From: Octopus bimaculoides
Taxonomy: Eukaryota
Direction of reading: 5' to 3'
Assembly (NCBI RefSeq): GCF_001194135.2
Contig: NC_068990.1
Coordinates: 17,335,718 to 17,399,717, forward strand
Length of the DNA: 64,000 bases
Below the pieces are notes generated by a model, which did no database searches, had not been told where the DNA came from, and was given only the letters and a program-made list of their open reading frames with translations. Below are positions 41,890-52,380 of the stretch, piece after piece. Numbering within the stretch: the stretch's first letter is position 1; the number at the start of each line of letters is the position of its first letter. The position numbers and the translations under genes were made by a program.

Positions 41890-44211
41890 TAAATGCCCTG
41901 ATAGCATCAGGCAGTGGCTCTCATGGCTTCTCATCTTAACTGATTGGAAGTGTTATCATGTACTTGTTTTGCTTTGGCATAAAAAGATGGGCTACAGTAA
42001 ATAGTTCCTGGTTTTCCACAAGATATGAGAATGACATTGTAATTTTTGTAGGAAGGGGCTTTTCCAGTCTTCATATTGTTTCATCTACCATACTATTGTT
42101 AACTAAGATAACTGGTCACTCCACTGGATCCATGTTAAGAAGGTTCCCTTTCTCCTATGCATTCTCCACATTTTCATAGTCATGCTCTAATACCCTCATT
42201 GTCCATCCCCTACAACAATTTCACCTCTCTCTATACTCTTAATACTATCACTACATATTAAGGCACATGACATTTTATTATGCAATGGGATCAAGGAAGG
42301 GGTAATGGGTATATATACCCATTAATCATCCATGAATACATTGTTTAAATAGTCATCGAATACAGCAGTGTAACATTATTGGATATACAAGTTTTACATA
42401 TTAAAAACATTCCTGGAAGTTGGTAAGTAAATATTAATGACTTGTAAGGAAACAGTATTTCATTATGCAACCATAATATGTTATAAAGTATATCAAACAT
42501 TTTTATAAGTCAATACCATGTTCTACTGTGTTAGCAATGCGCTTTACATCAATTGTTAAGGCTATCTCTATAGATTTTCAATAGAAATTATAGCCAGCAC
42601 TCATTTTTGTTACATTTTGTATCCAAGACGTCAGATGTAAACAAACAATGAGATTGATGATGAAAAAAGGGTAATAGGCATAAATGCCATACTTCAAGAG
42701 TTTCTACCCCTTCATCTACCAGCAATTACAGGGGAGGGAATAAATTAATTACATTAACCCCAGTGTTCAACTGGTAATTATTTTATTGACTCTGAAAGGA
42801 TGAATGGCAAAGATGACCCCCAGCAGAATTTAAACTCTGAATGTAAAGACAGATGAAATACCGCTAAGCGTTTCACGTGGTATATAAATGAGTCTGCCAG
42901 CACCCATCTAATTTCTATAGAATTTCTATAGAATAACTGTAGAGATAACCTTAACAAGTACTATATCTACATTTCTCATTTCCCTTTGAAGAGCATCTCT
43001 CTCTGAAGGGTATAACTCAGTTTGAATGTAAGGTACAATGATTTAATATGTTTAAGTTTTAATGTCATTGTGTATTTTCATGTTTTTTAAAATTTATTTA
43101 TATATGAGAAAAAACTTTTCTTACCTAAATTATGGATACAGAATTTTGAGCAGGAGTCATCAGTACTTGAAGAACAGGAAAAGACGACACCTGTCTTGCT
43201 AAATTCTGAGTTTTTACACTTGTCATAATTATCTTTAGGAGCACCGATTAGTACACTAAATAAAATAAAAAATAAATAAATAAAAGTTAACAACAACAAT
43301 AATAATAATGATGATGATGACAATGATGATAATATGAAATTACAAGAATGTGGACAATGAAGAGAGCAACTGTCATCTCATTAGTTGTAGGAGCACTGCA
43401 AGCACTAACAAACCAAGTTTGAGAACTGTCAGAGAAATTGGAATTGACACGGAGAGAAGACATGCTCAAAAGCTGCTCTATTATGGACTGCAAGGGTTTA
43501 GTGATTGGTACTCAGGTGATAAGCAATGTGGAAAGACACCCAGTAAGACCTTTGACAACAGGCTGCTGTCTGCTCTCACAGAATTAACTGGAGCAAGTAA
43601 AGTGAAGAGCTTTGAGAAGTAAAATATAATAATAGTAATTGTTTCTGATTTAGGCACAAGGCCAGCAATTTTGAGGGCTTGGTGTTTGGCTGATACCATC
43701 AACACCTGTACTTCATTGGTACTTCGTTTTATTGATGCAAGAAAGATGAAAGACAGACGTCAACAGGGTTTGTATGCAGAAAATAAAGAACTGGAAAAAA
43801 TACTACAAAGGAAAATACTAGAAAGAAAAAAATGCCTTCTAATTGATGTATCAATACCAGCAGACGACAACGTTTCCCTAAAAGAAATAGAGAAACTTTC
43901 AAAATACAAAGACCTGGAAATAGAGGTAACTCGAATGTGGAATCTAAAAACAGAAACAATTCCTATCATAGTAGGCGCCTTAGGTATAATAAAAAAATAT
44001 TCAGACAAATACATAACAAAAACACCAGGACTTACAAATATATATAACATACAGAAAATTGCACTACTGGGCACTGCACACATCCTACACAAAACACTTT
44101 CAATACAGTAACCATAAGAGCACCACAGCAAACCACAGCACATACCCAAGGTACACAGAGCTGCGCTCGGTAGTGAAGTGAAAGCATGTTATAAAAATAA
44201 AACTACTGAAC

Positions 44212-44244
<33 letters not shown>

Positions 44245-47200
44245 AATAATCATCATCATCATCGTCATCGTCATCGTTTAACATCCGCCTTCCATGCTAG
44301 CATGGGTTGGACGATTTGACTGAGGACTGGTGAACCGGATGGCTGCACCAGGCTCCAATCTGATCTGGCAGAGTTTCTACAGCTGGATGCCCTTCCTAAC
44401 GCCAACTACTCTGAGAGTGTAGTGGGTGCTTTTACGTACCACCGGTACAAGGGCCAGTCAGGCAGTACTGGCAACAGCCACGCTCAAAATGGTGTTTTTT
44501 ACTTGCTACCTGCACACGAGCCAGTCCAGCGGTACTGGCAACAACCTCACTCGGATGCACAATTACCAGTAAGGCGACGCTGGTAACGAACACGCTCAAA
44601 TGGTGCTACTTATATGCCACTAGCATGGAAGCCAGACAGCTGCTCTGGCAATGATCATGCTCGGACAGTGTTGTTAGTGGTCCACTGGCACAATTGCCAG
44701 TATCGAATATGGTTCAATTATGATTTCAATTTCACTTGCCCAACAGGTCTTTGCAAGCAGAATTTAGTGTCCAATCAAGGAGAGGTTGGCATGGGTGCCA
44801 GTCGTTGAATTTGGTTCGATTCCAAACCAAATAATCCTTTCTACTACAAGGCTTGAAATTTTAGGGGAGGAGACTACTCCATTACATTGATCCAAGTGTT
44901 TCACCGGTACTTAATTTATCGACCCCACCCCCCAAAAAAGAAGTGTGAAAATAGTAAGGCAACACTTATTTTCTGAGGAATATGAGAGAAAGAACACAAC
45001 AGGAAGGCACCATGTATATATGAATGTATGTGGTGGTGGTGGTGGTGGTTATAGTAGTAGTGGTGGTAGCAGTGGTAGTGATGGTTGGTGATGGTAAGAG
45101 ATATTTTTTTCAAGTCTGCATGAAACAGTCAGCGTGAATTTGCATGCATGTATGTGAGAGTATGAAACGGTGTATGTGTCTATATGAATGCATATGTGTG
45201 CATATGTCTGTATGTGTATGAATATAGGTATGAAACTGTGTGTGTTATGTGACAATATGAAAATGTGAATCCATATGTGTGTTTATGTGAAGGTGGGTAT
45301 GGAGCTGTGTGCATGGGTATGTGACTATACAAATGTGTGAAACCATACATATGTGTATGTATGTGTTTGTGTGTGTGTGTGGAAGTATGAAACTGTGTGT
45401 GTATGTGTTTCTATATGAAAATGTGTATCTACATGTGTGTGCATGTGTCTATATGTGTGTATATGAAAACATACATGATTGTGATAAAGTGTGTGAAAGT
45501 GTGAAAAAGTACATCCCACCATGGGGTCAGTTAAGATTGTTCCAGTACACAAAGACGACATACAAAATGTCAACAACTATGAACAAAATTTAATAAAAAA
45601 GATAATAAAACAATAAAATTTATTTTTCAATTGTTAGATTTATAATTCTTTACTTATTATTTTTCACTTAATAATAATAAAAAAATTAGTCATTAAAAAA
45701 AAAGAAAAGCATTTCATTTCTGATTTTGTTCTGATATTGGCAATTATCCATAACTAAATTTAATACTTTCAAAATATTCATGTTAGCACAGTTTGTGTAA
45801 TACTTAAGACCTAAACTTTGAATAAAATAAAAGCAGTCAGCTAAAACACTTAAAAGACCAGGTTGTTACACTATTAACTATTTAATGTTTTATCAATTAT
45901 TTTCCATTTTCACCACATTTAGTTTCTAAAACAACAATTTAACACTTTTGTCACCATGATTCTGTTGAAATACACTGTTTTTGTTTCAATTCTTTTGGAA
46001 AATTATGAAAAATTTAGTAAAATAACTTTGTCCTTATTAACCCTTTTTTTCACCATACTTCTGTTAAAATACAGTGCCTTTTTTTTTAAAATTCATTTTG
46101 AAAGCAATGAAGAATTTAATATATTAATTTTGTTATTCTTACACTGGTATTTGGAAGATGTACTTTTGATGGAAGATTTTAATTTAGATCACTTTAACAC
46201 TTTAATGTTTAAACTGGCCATATCCAGCTAAAATAGTCTACCTGCTTTATATTCAAACATGCCAGCATGGAAGGTGGACGTTAAACGATGATGATGATGA
46301 TGATGATCAGATCCAGGCACTTATACCTATCCTACAATGTTATTCTAAAAGTAAACAGTCACATAATTGAAATATCAAAGCTACGAGATAATGCATGATT
46401 AATTCAAAAGAATATGAATAAAATATGTTTTACATTTGATAAATAATCTGAATGCTAAAGGGTTAAAATAGTAAGTTTGTATTACAGAACCAAGGATAAT
46501 CTCAGGCAACTTGGTATAAAAAGGGTTCAATCATTCCACCATATGAATACATAAAACAAAAATGAGTGGCAACTTTTAAGGTTTCAAAGGGTTAAATTTA
46601 AGGTTCAACCAGTTTTTGCTAATTAATTTATTTGAGAAAAGGATTAAGTAGAATGACAGGAACAATAGGGAACTGAAGAAAATTTTTATTCCCTGGGGTA
46701 TTAATTTCCTTCATGGCTCAAGTTTTACTGGCACCAACTTTACTTTTCCATCCTTGCAGGGCTGAGTAAATGCTTGATATTCTTTTCTACTCTAGGCACA
46801 AGGCCCAAAATTTTTGAGGAGGGGGCCAGTTGATTAGATCAACCTCAGTATGCAACTGGTATTTAATTTATCAACCTTGAAAGGATGAAAAGCAAAGTCG
46901 ACCTCGGCAGAATTTGAACTCAGAATGTAAAGACTGACGAAATATCGTTAAGCATTTTGCCTGATGTGCTAACGTTTCTACTAGCTTGCCACCTTAGTAA
47001 ATGCTTGATATTGCTGCAAGTATTTTGTCCAGATCTTTGGTCTCAGTGGCCATGAAAAAAGGGTCACAGGATCCTGCCCTTAATTCTTTCTTTTAACCAT
47101 TATTTTTTTTCTTTTACTTGTTTCAATCATTGGACTGCAGCCATGCTGAGACATCACCCGGAAGGGTTTTAGCCGAAACTAGCCTACACCCAGTACATAT

Positions 47201-48242
47201 TTCTAAGGCTGGTACTTATTCCAACAATTTCCATTGCTTCACTGCTAAGTTGCAAGAACATAAACAAACCAGCATAGTTTCTCAAGCAATATGGGGTGAC
47301 ACATACACAAATAAATACACACACACACATATGTAATTATGCATGCATGTGTAAACATACACTCATCTACACACACACACACACGTGCACGTTTATGCAT
47401 GTCTTAGTAACCAGTATTGGTTTGTTTACATTTCTGTAACTTAGCAGTTTGATAAAGGAGTGAAATAAAATAAGCATGAGACTACAAGACTGGGACAAAA
47501 AAAAAAAAAAAAAAAAAAGAAAAAGATTGAGTTGATTTGTGTAACTAAACTTTACAAGGCAGTGCTCCAGTATGACCATGGTCCAATGACTGGACCATGT
47601 AAAAAAGTCAGACAATACATGTAATGGGTTTGAATCAAGTTTAGAATACTTCCCACTCTTCTGCAAATCCTAACATTCCACCACCACTCATTCCTTGCAA
47701 GGAAGTCTTGTGTTGTCATGACAACACATATAGCGACCTAGTGGCCATGTTATAGTTCTATAGGTCACATTCTTACTTCAAAATGTAAAAGTCAGTCAAC
47801 TATTCTCAGGAAGGATCTAAAGTAGTGGGAACAAAAAAAAAAAAAAAAAAAAAAAAAAAANNNNNNNNNNNNNNNNNNNNNNNNNNNNNNNNNNNNNNNN
47901 NNNNNNNNNNNNNNNNNNNNNNNNNNNNNNNNNNNNNNNNNNNNNNNNNNNNNNNNNNNNNNNNNNNNNNNNNNNNNNNNNNNNNNNNNNNNNNNNNNNN
48001 NNNNNNNNNNNNNNNNNNNNNNNNNNNNNNNNNNNNNNNNNNNNNNNNNNNNNNNNNNNNNNNNNNNNNNNNNNNNNNNNNNNNNNNNNNNNNNNNNNNN
48101 NNNNNNNNNNNNNNNNNNNNNNNNNNNNNNNNNNNNNNNNNNNNNNNNNNNNNNNNNNNNNNNNNNNNNNNNNNNNNNNNNNNNNNNNNNNNNNNNNNNN
48201 NNNNNNNNNNNNNNNNNNNNNNNNNNNNNNNNNNNNNNNNNN

Positions 48243-48283
<41 letters not shown>

Positions 48284-49494
48284 CACACATATATACATAC
48301 ATATAGATACATATATTGATATACATACACACACAAACACACACATATATATATATATATATAAATTGAGAGAAAATAAAGGGTGAATGAGTATAAACAC
48401 AAAATACTGAAAGGTAACTGCATGTTTACATATAAGCTTGAAAGATTGTATGTATGTGTGTGTGTGCATTTATTATATGTGTATTACAGCAAAAAAAAAC
48501 AAACAATTGTGGGACAATATGTATGTGTATATGCATGCGAGTCTGTGTGTTTGCAACTGTTTCCACCACTGCTTGATAACCAGGGCTGGTGGGTTTACAT
48601 CCACATAACTTAGCTGTTTAGCAACAAACACAATGGAATAAGTACCCAGTTTTAAAAAAATTAAAGTAGTGGAGTCGATTCATCATCTTCATCATCATCA
48701 TCATCATCATCATTTAACGTCTGTTGTCCATACTGGCATGGGTTGGACACTTGACTGAGCTGACACGCTAGAAGGCTGCACCAGACTCCAGTCTGATGTG
48801 GCATGGTTTCTACGGCCGGATGCCCTACCTAATGCCAACCACTCTGAGAGTGTAATGGATGCTTTAATGTGCCCCCAGCATAGTCATTTGCATGACACCG
48901 GGGTGCGTTTACGTGCCACTGGAACAGGTACCAATTTGCATGACACCAGTATCTGCCACGACTGCGATTTTGCTTGGCTTGATGGATCTTCTTCTCAAGC
49001 ATGACATAAGGTCTTGGTCATTGTCTCTGTGGGGCCCAACACATGAAAGGAACTCACACTTTGCCTCATTAGATAAAAAATTCTTCAAGGCGATGCCCCA
49101 GCATGGCCACAGTCGAATGACTGAAAACAAGTAAAAGAAAGAAGATAAAAGATATATACACAGACATACATGCATTTCCACACATATCATGGACTCTCCC
49201 ATCATTAGACAACATATGAGGGTTTGGCAAGAAATTGCTAAACAACTGCACAGAGGATTTGTTTATAGTGATCAAGTATTTGTGCACACATAAGCTCACT
49301 CCCTCCATCAAATTGATATTACCTCTACAGGTGCACCGTGTGCCACATGTCAGATGACGAAATGATTGCAGAGCAACGTAAAATGAAGTGCCTTGCTCAA
49401 GAACACAACGCAACCCCTGGTCTGGGAATCGAACCCATAATCTCACAATTGTGAGAGTAACACCCTAACCACTAAGCCATGCTCCTTCATGTAT

Positions 49495-49545
<51 letters not shown>

Positions 49546-49957
49546 NNNNNNNNNNNNNNNNNNNNNNNNNNNNNNNNNNNNNNNNNNNNNNNNNNNNNNN
49601 NNNNNNNNNNNNNNNNNNNNNNNNNNNNNNNNNNNNNNNNNNNNNNNNNNNNNNNNNNNNNNNNNNNNNNNNNNNNNNNNNNNNNNNNNNNNNNNNNNNN
49701 NNNNNNNNNNNNNNNNNNNNNNNNNNNNNNNNNNNNNNNNNNNNNNNNNNNNNNNNNNNNNNNNNNNNNNNNNNNNNNNNNNNNNNNNNNNNNNNNNNNN
49801 NNNNNNNNNNNNNNNNNNNNNNNNNNNNNNNNNNNNNNNNNNNNNNNNNNNNNNNNNNNNNNNNNNNNNNNNNNNNNNNNNNNNNNNNNNNNNNNNNNNN
49901 NNNNNNNNNNNNNNNNNNNNNNNNNNNNNNNNNNNNNNNNNNNNNNNNNNNNNNNNN

Positions 49958-50001
<44 letters not shown>

Positions 50002-50350
50002 TACATACATAGATATCAGCAGCATCAGCCTTTAACATCCGTTTTCTATGCTGCCACGGGCTGGAAAGTTTGACAGGAACTGGCTAGCTGAAGAGCTGCC
50101 CTGGCTCCAAATGTCTGTTTTGGCATGGTTTGCACAGCTGGATGCCCTTCTAACGCCAACCAGCTTACAGAGTGTGCTGGGTGCTTTTCCGCAGCACTGG
50201 CATGGCTGCTTTTATGTGAAATAAATTATAATTTCAACCAGAAAACCCTGGGTAACTGTATTGAAAAGATTTGTGGTTTTTATCATAACATTATCTTTAC
50301 TCTCTTAGCTGATCGAGTGCTTCTCTACTTGTTGAAACCTTACCACATAA

Positions 50351-50396
<46 letters not shown>

Positions 50397-51156
50397 TTTA
50401 CAGGAAACAGATTGTATGATTCAAGAACGACCTATTTCTCCTTTCAAGAGACATTTCCATTCATAGTTCTTCAGAAAGTATTTTCACCTATAACCACACT
50501 CTCAAATTTATAAGGGAAGTGAGAAACATGATTCTGTGATGTTCAAGTTCTTTGCTGGCTAATTAGTAGCATACATGAAATGAAAGGTCTGCAATAAGGA
50601 AGCAGAACTTTGGTGAAGTATTAGTTTCTCAAGAACTTTACTTTTATTCCATACTGTTCACATACGGTTTCTGCTTGGTTAAGAAGTTTGCTTCTCGACA
50701 TCACCACTTTGGGTTCAATCACATTATGTGACATCTTGGGAAAGTCTTTCCATCCCAAAAGGTCTTGCAACTCAATATTTACATATTATTTCAAATTTTC
50801 TTGAAAGTTTATAAAATTCTTATAATGTGAAAATGTGTGTGTGTGTTTACTGTTCCATTATAGATAGTAACAACATATTGTATGAATCTACCAAATCATT
50901 GTATTTCTACAGCATGAAACTATTTGATGCTCTTTACATCATCATCATTGTTTAATGCCCACCTTCCATGCTGGCATCGGTGGGATGGTTTCACAGGAGC
51001 TGGCCAGGTAGAAGCCTGCACCAGACTTCTATGACTGTTTTGGCAAGATTTTTACAGCTGTATACCCTTCCAATTGCCAACCACTTTACAGTGTGGGCTG
51101 GATGCTTTTTAAGTGGCACCTGCACTGACAGAGTCACCAAGTAACACATATATATA

Positions 51157-51220
<64 letters not shown>

Positions 51221-52380
51221 CCTCACGGATGCAATGACTAAGCATTATGTTGTGCTTGAAAAGAAAACCCATTGAGCCAAGTAAAATCACAGTCGTGGCA
51301 GATACTGGTGTCACACAAATGGCACCTAAGCCAGTGGCACATAAAAAGCACCCATTACACTCTCAGATTGGTTGGCATTAGGAAGTGCATCCAGCTGTAG
51401 AAACCATACCAAATCAGACTGGAGTCTGGTGCAGCCTTCCAGCTTACCAGCCTTGGTCAAACTGTCCAACCCATGCCAGCATGGACAACAAACACTAAAT
51501 GATGATGATGATGATGATGATGATGTACATAATGATTTGCTTCTTTCAGTTTCTGTCTACCAAATCCACTCACAAGGCTTTGGTTGGCCCAGAACTATAG
51601 TGAAAGACACTTGCCCAAGGTACTACATAGTGAGACTGAACCAGAAACCATGAGATTGGGAACCAAACTTCTTAACCACACACACATGCACGCGCACACA
51701 AACACGCACACACACACACACACACATGTATTCTCACACATACACATATGACCCACGTGAAAGCATGGCAAAGTGGAAGTTAAAAAGATGTTATTTATGA
51801 TGGTGATGTTAATGATGATGATGATGATGAATAAATGAGTAACATTTCTTGAGTACTTGTTTCAGTACCTTCAACTTACATAGAGGTAGGTAGACTTAGC
51901 TGATGACAGCTAAATGTTTTAGTGAGTGACAGGATACAAGGCACATAAGAGGATACAAACCACTGACTTCTCTGCTGGAAGTCCAGTCTCCTACCAACCA
52001 AGTCTTTATTGTATCATAATCATTAAAGGAAGGTTGGAAAGTAATGCTAAAGGCCAAAAATATATCTTCAATATCCAGTCTTGCAATTAAAAGCACTTAA
52101 CGAAGCCTGGCTTTATAAAAAGAGTATATTACTCACACACTTCCTCTCAATATGTGCTGTTAGATAAAAGTAATTCATCTTAGTCTAATACACACACACA
52201 CACACACACACACATAGCGGCTTAATTATGGAAAAGAAACATTAAGAATATTGCCTGAGAATTTTGGGAAGTTGTGGTGTTTATATATTTGTTTTTTTTT
52301 TTAAAGTATTACCTTTTCAATGTATGATGATATTGAAGTGATCCAAAGTGAAAAGTAAAACCAAAATTACCCAAAACTAA
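556..52380 (-). CDS. Integrin alpha subunit gene (no alpha-I domain), spliced, partial: 15 exons; 3' end outside window, start exon unresolved
   Basis: Manually joined GT-AG exons with concordant phases give one continuous frame: ...FGFTF...VLIGAP...NAWLGVS...TCGHRW...GYAVSSG...IGSYFG...DVNKDGLDDLLVGAP...GRFGSAM...DINQDGFIDIAIGAPY...FGISI...DVNKDNCPDFLVGA...SRPVL...IPFELECGDDDKCTTDL. These are the FG-GAP repeats, thigh and genu of integrin alphas. The CGHRW and GSYFGxxLC motifs resemble alpha4/alpha9-type or invertebrate chains; orthology not determined. Confidence 0.95.
1345..1706 (+). mobile_element. (GAT)n-tailed non-autonomous retroelement family D with internal ~55-bp subrepeats
   Basis: Ends in caaatcgtccaacccatgctagcatggaaagcggacgttaaac(gat)n. 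Copies near 8000-8400, 21106-21510 (-), 28270-28718 (+), 44250-44700 (-), 51240-51525 (+), 59110-59385 (+) and 61085-61230 (+). Confidence 0.8.
2776..3269. repeat. 133-bp inverted repeat (130/133 identical) with 228-bp spacer
   Basis: Direct base comparison of 2776-2908 with the reverse complement of 3137-3269 shows 3 mismatches. The ORF track shows the same peptide on both strands. Confidence 0.95.
4751..4861 (-). CDS. Integrin alpha exon: end of thigh (EHPNIFQPIHITIKMALAKNTTCQICPILRTQTFVKK)
   Basis: Acceptor cttttctttttag, donor gtaaat; 111 nt, phase 0-0; joins IVK to IPFELEC. Confidence 0.9.
5929..6053 (-). CDS. Integrin alpha exon: thigh ((D)LEGQLATGSQPQ...EKEFQIIVK)
   Basis: Acceptor ctttcag, donor gtaatt; 125 nt, phase 1 to 0; matches both neighbours. 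Confidence 0.85.
6645..6775 (+). mobile_element. RTE-like LINE extreme 3' fragment
   Basis: GLSWSEIQEIVQDCIHWREIVMARCS resembles the ..AQDR..WR..V.ALC C-terminus of RTE-type elements. Confidence 0.5.
7730..7939 (-). CDS. Integrin alpha exon: end of blade 7 and start of thigh ((D)FLVGAYLSDQVRLLFSRPVL...IPPRI)
   Basis: Acceptor aatttttcag, donor gtaaga; 210 nt, phase 1-1; VGA...SRPV motif. Confidence 0.95.
8867..9207. mobile_element. hAT (Charlie-like) MITE
   Basis: Imperfect TIRs cagtgattccta / tgggtaacactg; flanking 8-mers tattagat / cattaaac match 5 of 8. Confidence 0.55.
9479..9670 (-). CDS. Integrin alpha exon: blades 6-7 ((D)IAIGAPYENKLEGAIYIY...DVNKDNCP)
   Basis: Acceptor ttttccccag, donor gtatga; 192 nt, phase 1-1; GAPYE/GAIYIY/FGISI motifs. 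Confidence 0.95.
9673..10450. repeat. Purine-rich low-complexity array (gagagaaaaatgaaagatgg / aaagatgaaagatgagt units)
   Basis: No C on the plus strand from 9672 to 10418 in the sequenced bases; includes an 84-N gap. Confidence 0.9.
11538..11640 (-). CDS. Integrin alpha exon: blade 6 (KLQKKLVLFGDKEEGGRFGSAMTSIGDINQDGFI)
   Basis: Acceptor tatttcag, donor gtaagt; 103 nt, phase 0 to 1; FG and DxNxDG Ca-binding motif. Confidence 0.95.
11769..12155 (+). mobile_element. tRNA-derived SINE family B, full-length copy with (CAA)n tail
   Basis: Head ggaggtgcaatggcccagtggttagggc...ggtttcgattccc; body aaagggtcagccttgtcacac...gagtgctcagccacttgcac. Other copies near 1860-2205, 13215-13530 and 20255-20580. 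Confidence 0.85.
12616..12756 (-). CDS. Integrin alpha exon: blade 5 (IGSYFGMKLCVADVNKDGLDDLLVGAP...SDGK)
   Basis: Acceptor ttgttgccag, donor gttagt; 141 nt, phase 0-0; canonical FG-GAP repeat. Confidence 0.95.
14311..14663 (-). mobile_element. tRNA-derived SINE family E
   Basis: Minus-strand head gtgaaggcgcatggctcagtggttagagcgtc...gagttcaaatccc followed by gttcttgagcaagacactttatttcac; partial copy of the body near 58370-58535. Confidence 0.75.
15429..15488 (-). CDS. Integrin alpha exon (VLITDKNNHIVQRLQSESKE)
   Basis: Acceptor tactttttcag, donor gtgagt; 60 nt, phase 0-0; bridges DGSGA to IGSYFG. Confidence 0.85.
18310..18392 (-). CDS. Integrin alpha exon: blade 4 ((G)YAVSSGKFFNDKYEYYVMGVPRDGSGA)
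   Basis: Acceptor tttctttttag, donor gtaagt; 83 nt, phase 1 to 0; GYAV...G-x-F...GVPR motif. Confidence 0.93.
23205..23427. mobile_element. Fold-back MITE-like element with ~82-bp inverted arms
   Basis: aattgcagcatggaaggtgtttataa...aatttgc (23205-23286) is the near reverse complement of gcaaatt...tttataaacaccttccacgctgcaatt (23343-23427). Confidence 0.7.
23570..23656 (-). CDS. Integrin alpha exon ((G)GIILFPNKGETPAGKPLLLQSDIDNNYA)
   Basis: Acceptor tttttctatctag, donor gtaagt; 87 nt, phase 1-1; NNYA+GYAV junction fits the blade 3/4 boundary. Confidence 0.88.
23720..24245. mobile_element. Interspersed repeat of undetermined class (possibly a LINE UTR segment)
   Basis: The segment at 24150-24245 recurs in reverse orientation at about 41890-41990 (gatagcatcaggcagtggctctcatggcttc...ttaactgattggaagtgttatcatgtac). 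Confidence 0.5.
25230..26600 (+). mobile_element. Highly decayed Tx1/L1-like LINE 3' half
   Basis: Frameshifted RKLS..KxEVVNTYIS...LF..LW..PLVR...GM and a later C-x-R-C...H...C zinc-knuckle-like remnant; many stops. Confidence 0.55.
32610..32658 (-). CDS. Integrin alpha exon: blade 3 (DGQNIIVGVLGRDRYP)
   Basis: Acceptor ttttacctccag, donor gtaaga; 49 nt, phase 0 to 1. Confidence 0.85.
33627..33797 (-). CDS. Integrin alpha exon: blades 2-3 (TCGHRWKSSVV...GFCVV...GGTSVKYTQ)
   Basis: Acceptor tttattgcag, donor gtaagt; 171 nt, phase 0-0; CGHRW motif. Confidence 0.93.
33874..34440 (-). mobile_element. Decayed CR1/L2-type LINE reverse-transcriptase fragment
   Basis: ORF translation SVLGSLLFVTYINDI...IKLY...LQLDLD...WQLKL matches the GSVLGPLLF..YINDL / LQ.DLD..W..WQL blocks of this RT class; the FADD motif has degenerated. 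Confidence 0.8.
34480..34990. repeat. Degenerate ~30-bp minisatellite (catttccacactgcacttgccacacaag-like)
   Basis: Recurring tttccacac/tttccacat anchors followed by cttgccacacaa / ctgtcacacaa. Confidence 0.55.
35686..36360. repeat. Direct duplication of ~270 bp bracketed by N gaps and (CAT)n/(CAC)n
   Basis: 35686-35962 is repeated apparently identically at 36066-36360 (30-N gap inside); probable assembly artefact. Confidence 0.8.
36990..37210. mobile_element. TTAA-flanked piggyBac-type MITE
   Basis: TTAA at 36986-36989 and 37211-37214; TIR ccctttcgtta / taacaaaaggg. A second copy follows at 37235-37418. Other copies near 4160-4352, 4929-5140, 8470-8700, 19040-19275, 45950-46200, 46440-46530, 54090-54245 and 56200-56420. 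Confidence 0.75.
37619..37707 (-). CDS. Integrin alpha exon: blade 2 ((E)SSIDEDIQNVSNAWLGVSIDINPHKEEFV)
   Basis: Acceptor tcattacag, donor gtaaga; 89 nt, phase 1 to 0; WLGVS motif. Confidence 0.92.
38543..38608. repeat. (GA)n microsatellite
   Basis: Perfect AG dinucleotide run, one of many (AT)n, (CA)n, (TAA)n, (CAT)n and (TAG)n tracts, e.g. (TAA)n at 41808-41888. Confidence 0.95.
39590..40245 (+). mobile_element. Decayed R4/Dong-like non-LTR reverse-transcriptase fragment
   Basis: Reads EQKGCRKQSRATKDHLLVDK...WLDYKKVHDMVPHSW...IFQGDNLFPLLF...NHLLFMDDIKVYAK...GMEFGIEK with frameshifts and stops. Confidence 0.8.
43125..43255 (-). CDS. Integrin alpha exon: blade 1 (VLIGAPKDNYDKCKNSEFSKTGVVFSC...FCIHNL)
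   Basis: Acceptor ttattttag, donor gtaaga; 131 nt, phase 2 to 1; VLIGAP and G-x-V-F-x-C motifs. Confidence 0.93.
43821..44250 (+). mobile_element. 3' end of R4/Dong-like LINE: restriction-like endonuclease C-terminus, 3'UTR and (TAA)n tail
   Basis: CLLIDVSIP..DNV..KEIEKLSKYKDLEIEVTRMW...IPIIVGALG...QKIALLGTAHIL. More decayed copies of this C-terminus at about 19385-19630 (+), 27300-27480 (-) and 43345-43490 (+). Confidence 0.8.
46782..46995 (-). mobile_element. Short tRNA-like SINE family C with 17-bp target-site duplication
   Basis: Minus strand reads ggcaagctagtagaaacgttagcac...gagttcaaattctgccgaggtcgactttgc...gggccttgtgcctagagtagaaaag. Flanked by agtaaatgcttgatatt at 46765-46781 and 46996-47012. 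Other copies near 5634-5850, 27068-27285, 27515-27750 and 30100-30230. Confidence 0.85.
47861..48242. other. Assembly gap (N-run)
   Basis: One of 11 gaps: 8196-8205, 10010-10093, 16651-16900, 17812-17938, 31543-31562, 35676-35685, 35963-35972, 36205-36234, 47861-48242, 49546-49957, 58542-58692. Most abut microsatellites. Confidence 0.99.
52313..52380 (-). CDS. Probable integrin alpha exon: first FG motif (LVLGNFGFTFHFGSLQYHHTLK)
   Basis: Strong pyrimidine tract upstream; donor gtaata at 52312 in phase 2 (AG+T = Ser) matches the VLIGAP exon. The exact acceptor is ambiguous (exon start 52380 or 52376). Confidence 0.6.

Noticed and set aside
45050-45520. Cys/Val-rich ORFs 45309..45593 and 45325..45576
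   Set aside because: They are a degenerate (GT)n/(AT)n low-complexity tract, not a coding sequence.
47792-50073. Long ORFs made of X and IY/YI repeats (also near 16587-17051 and 58427-58792)
   Set aside because: They are translations of N gaps and (AT)n microsatellites.
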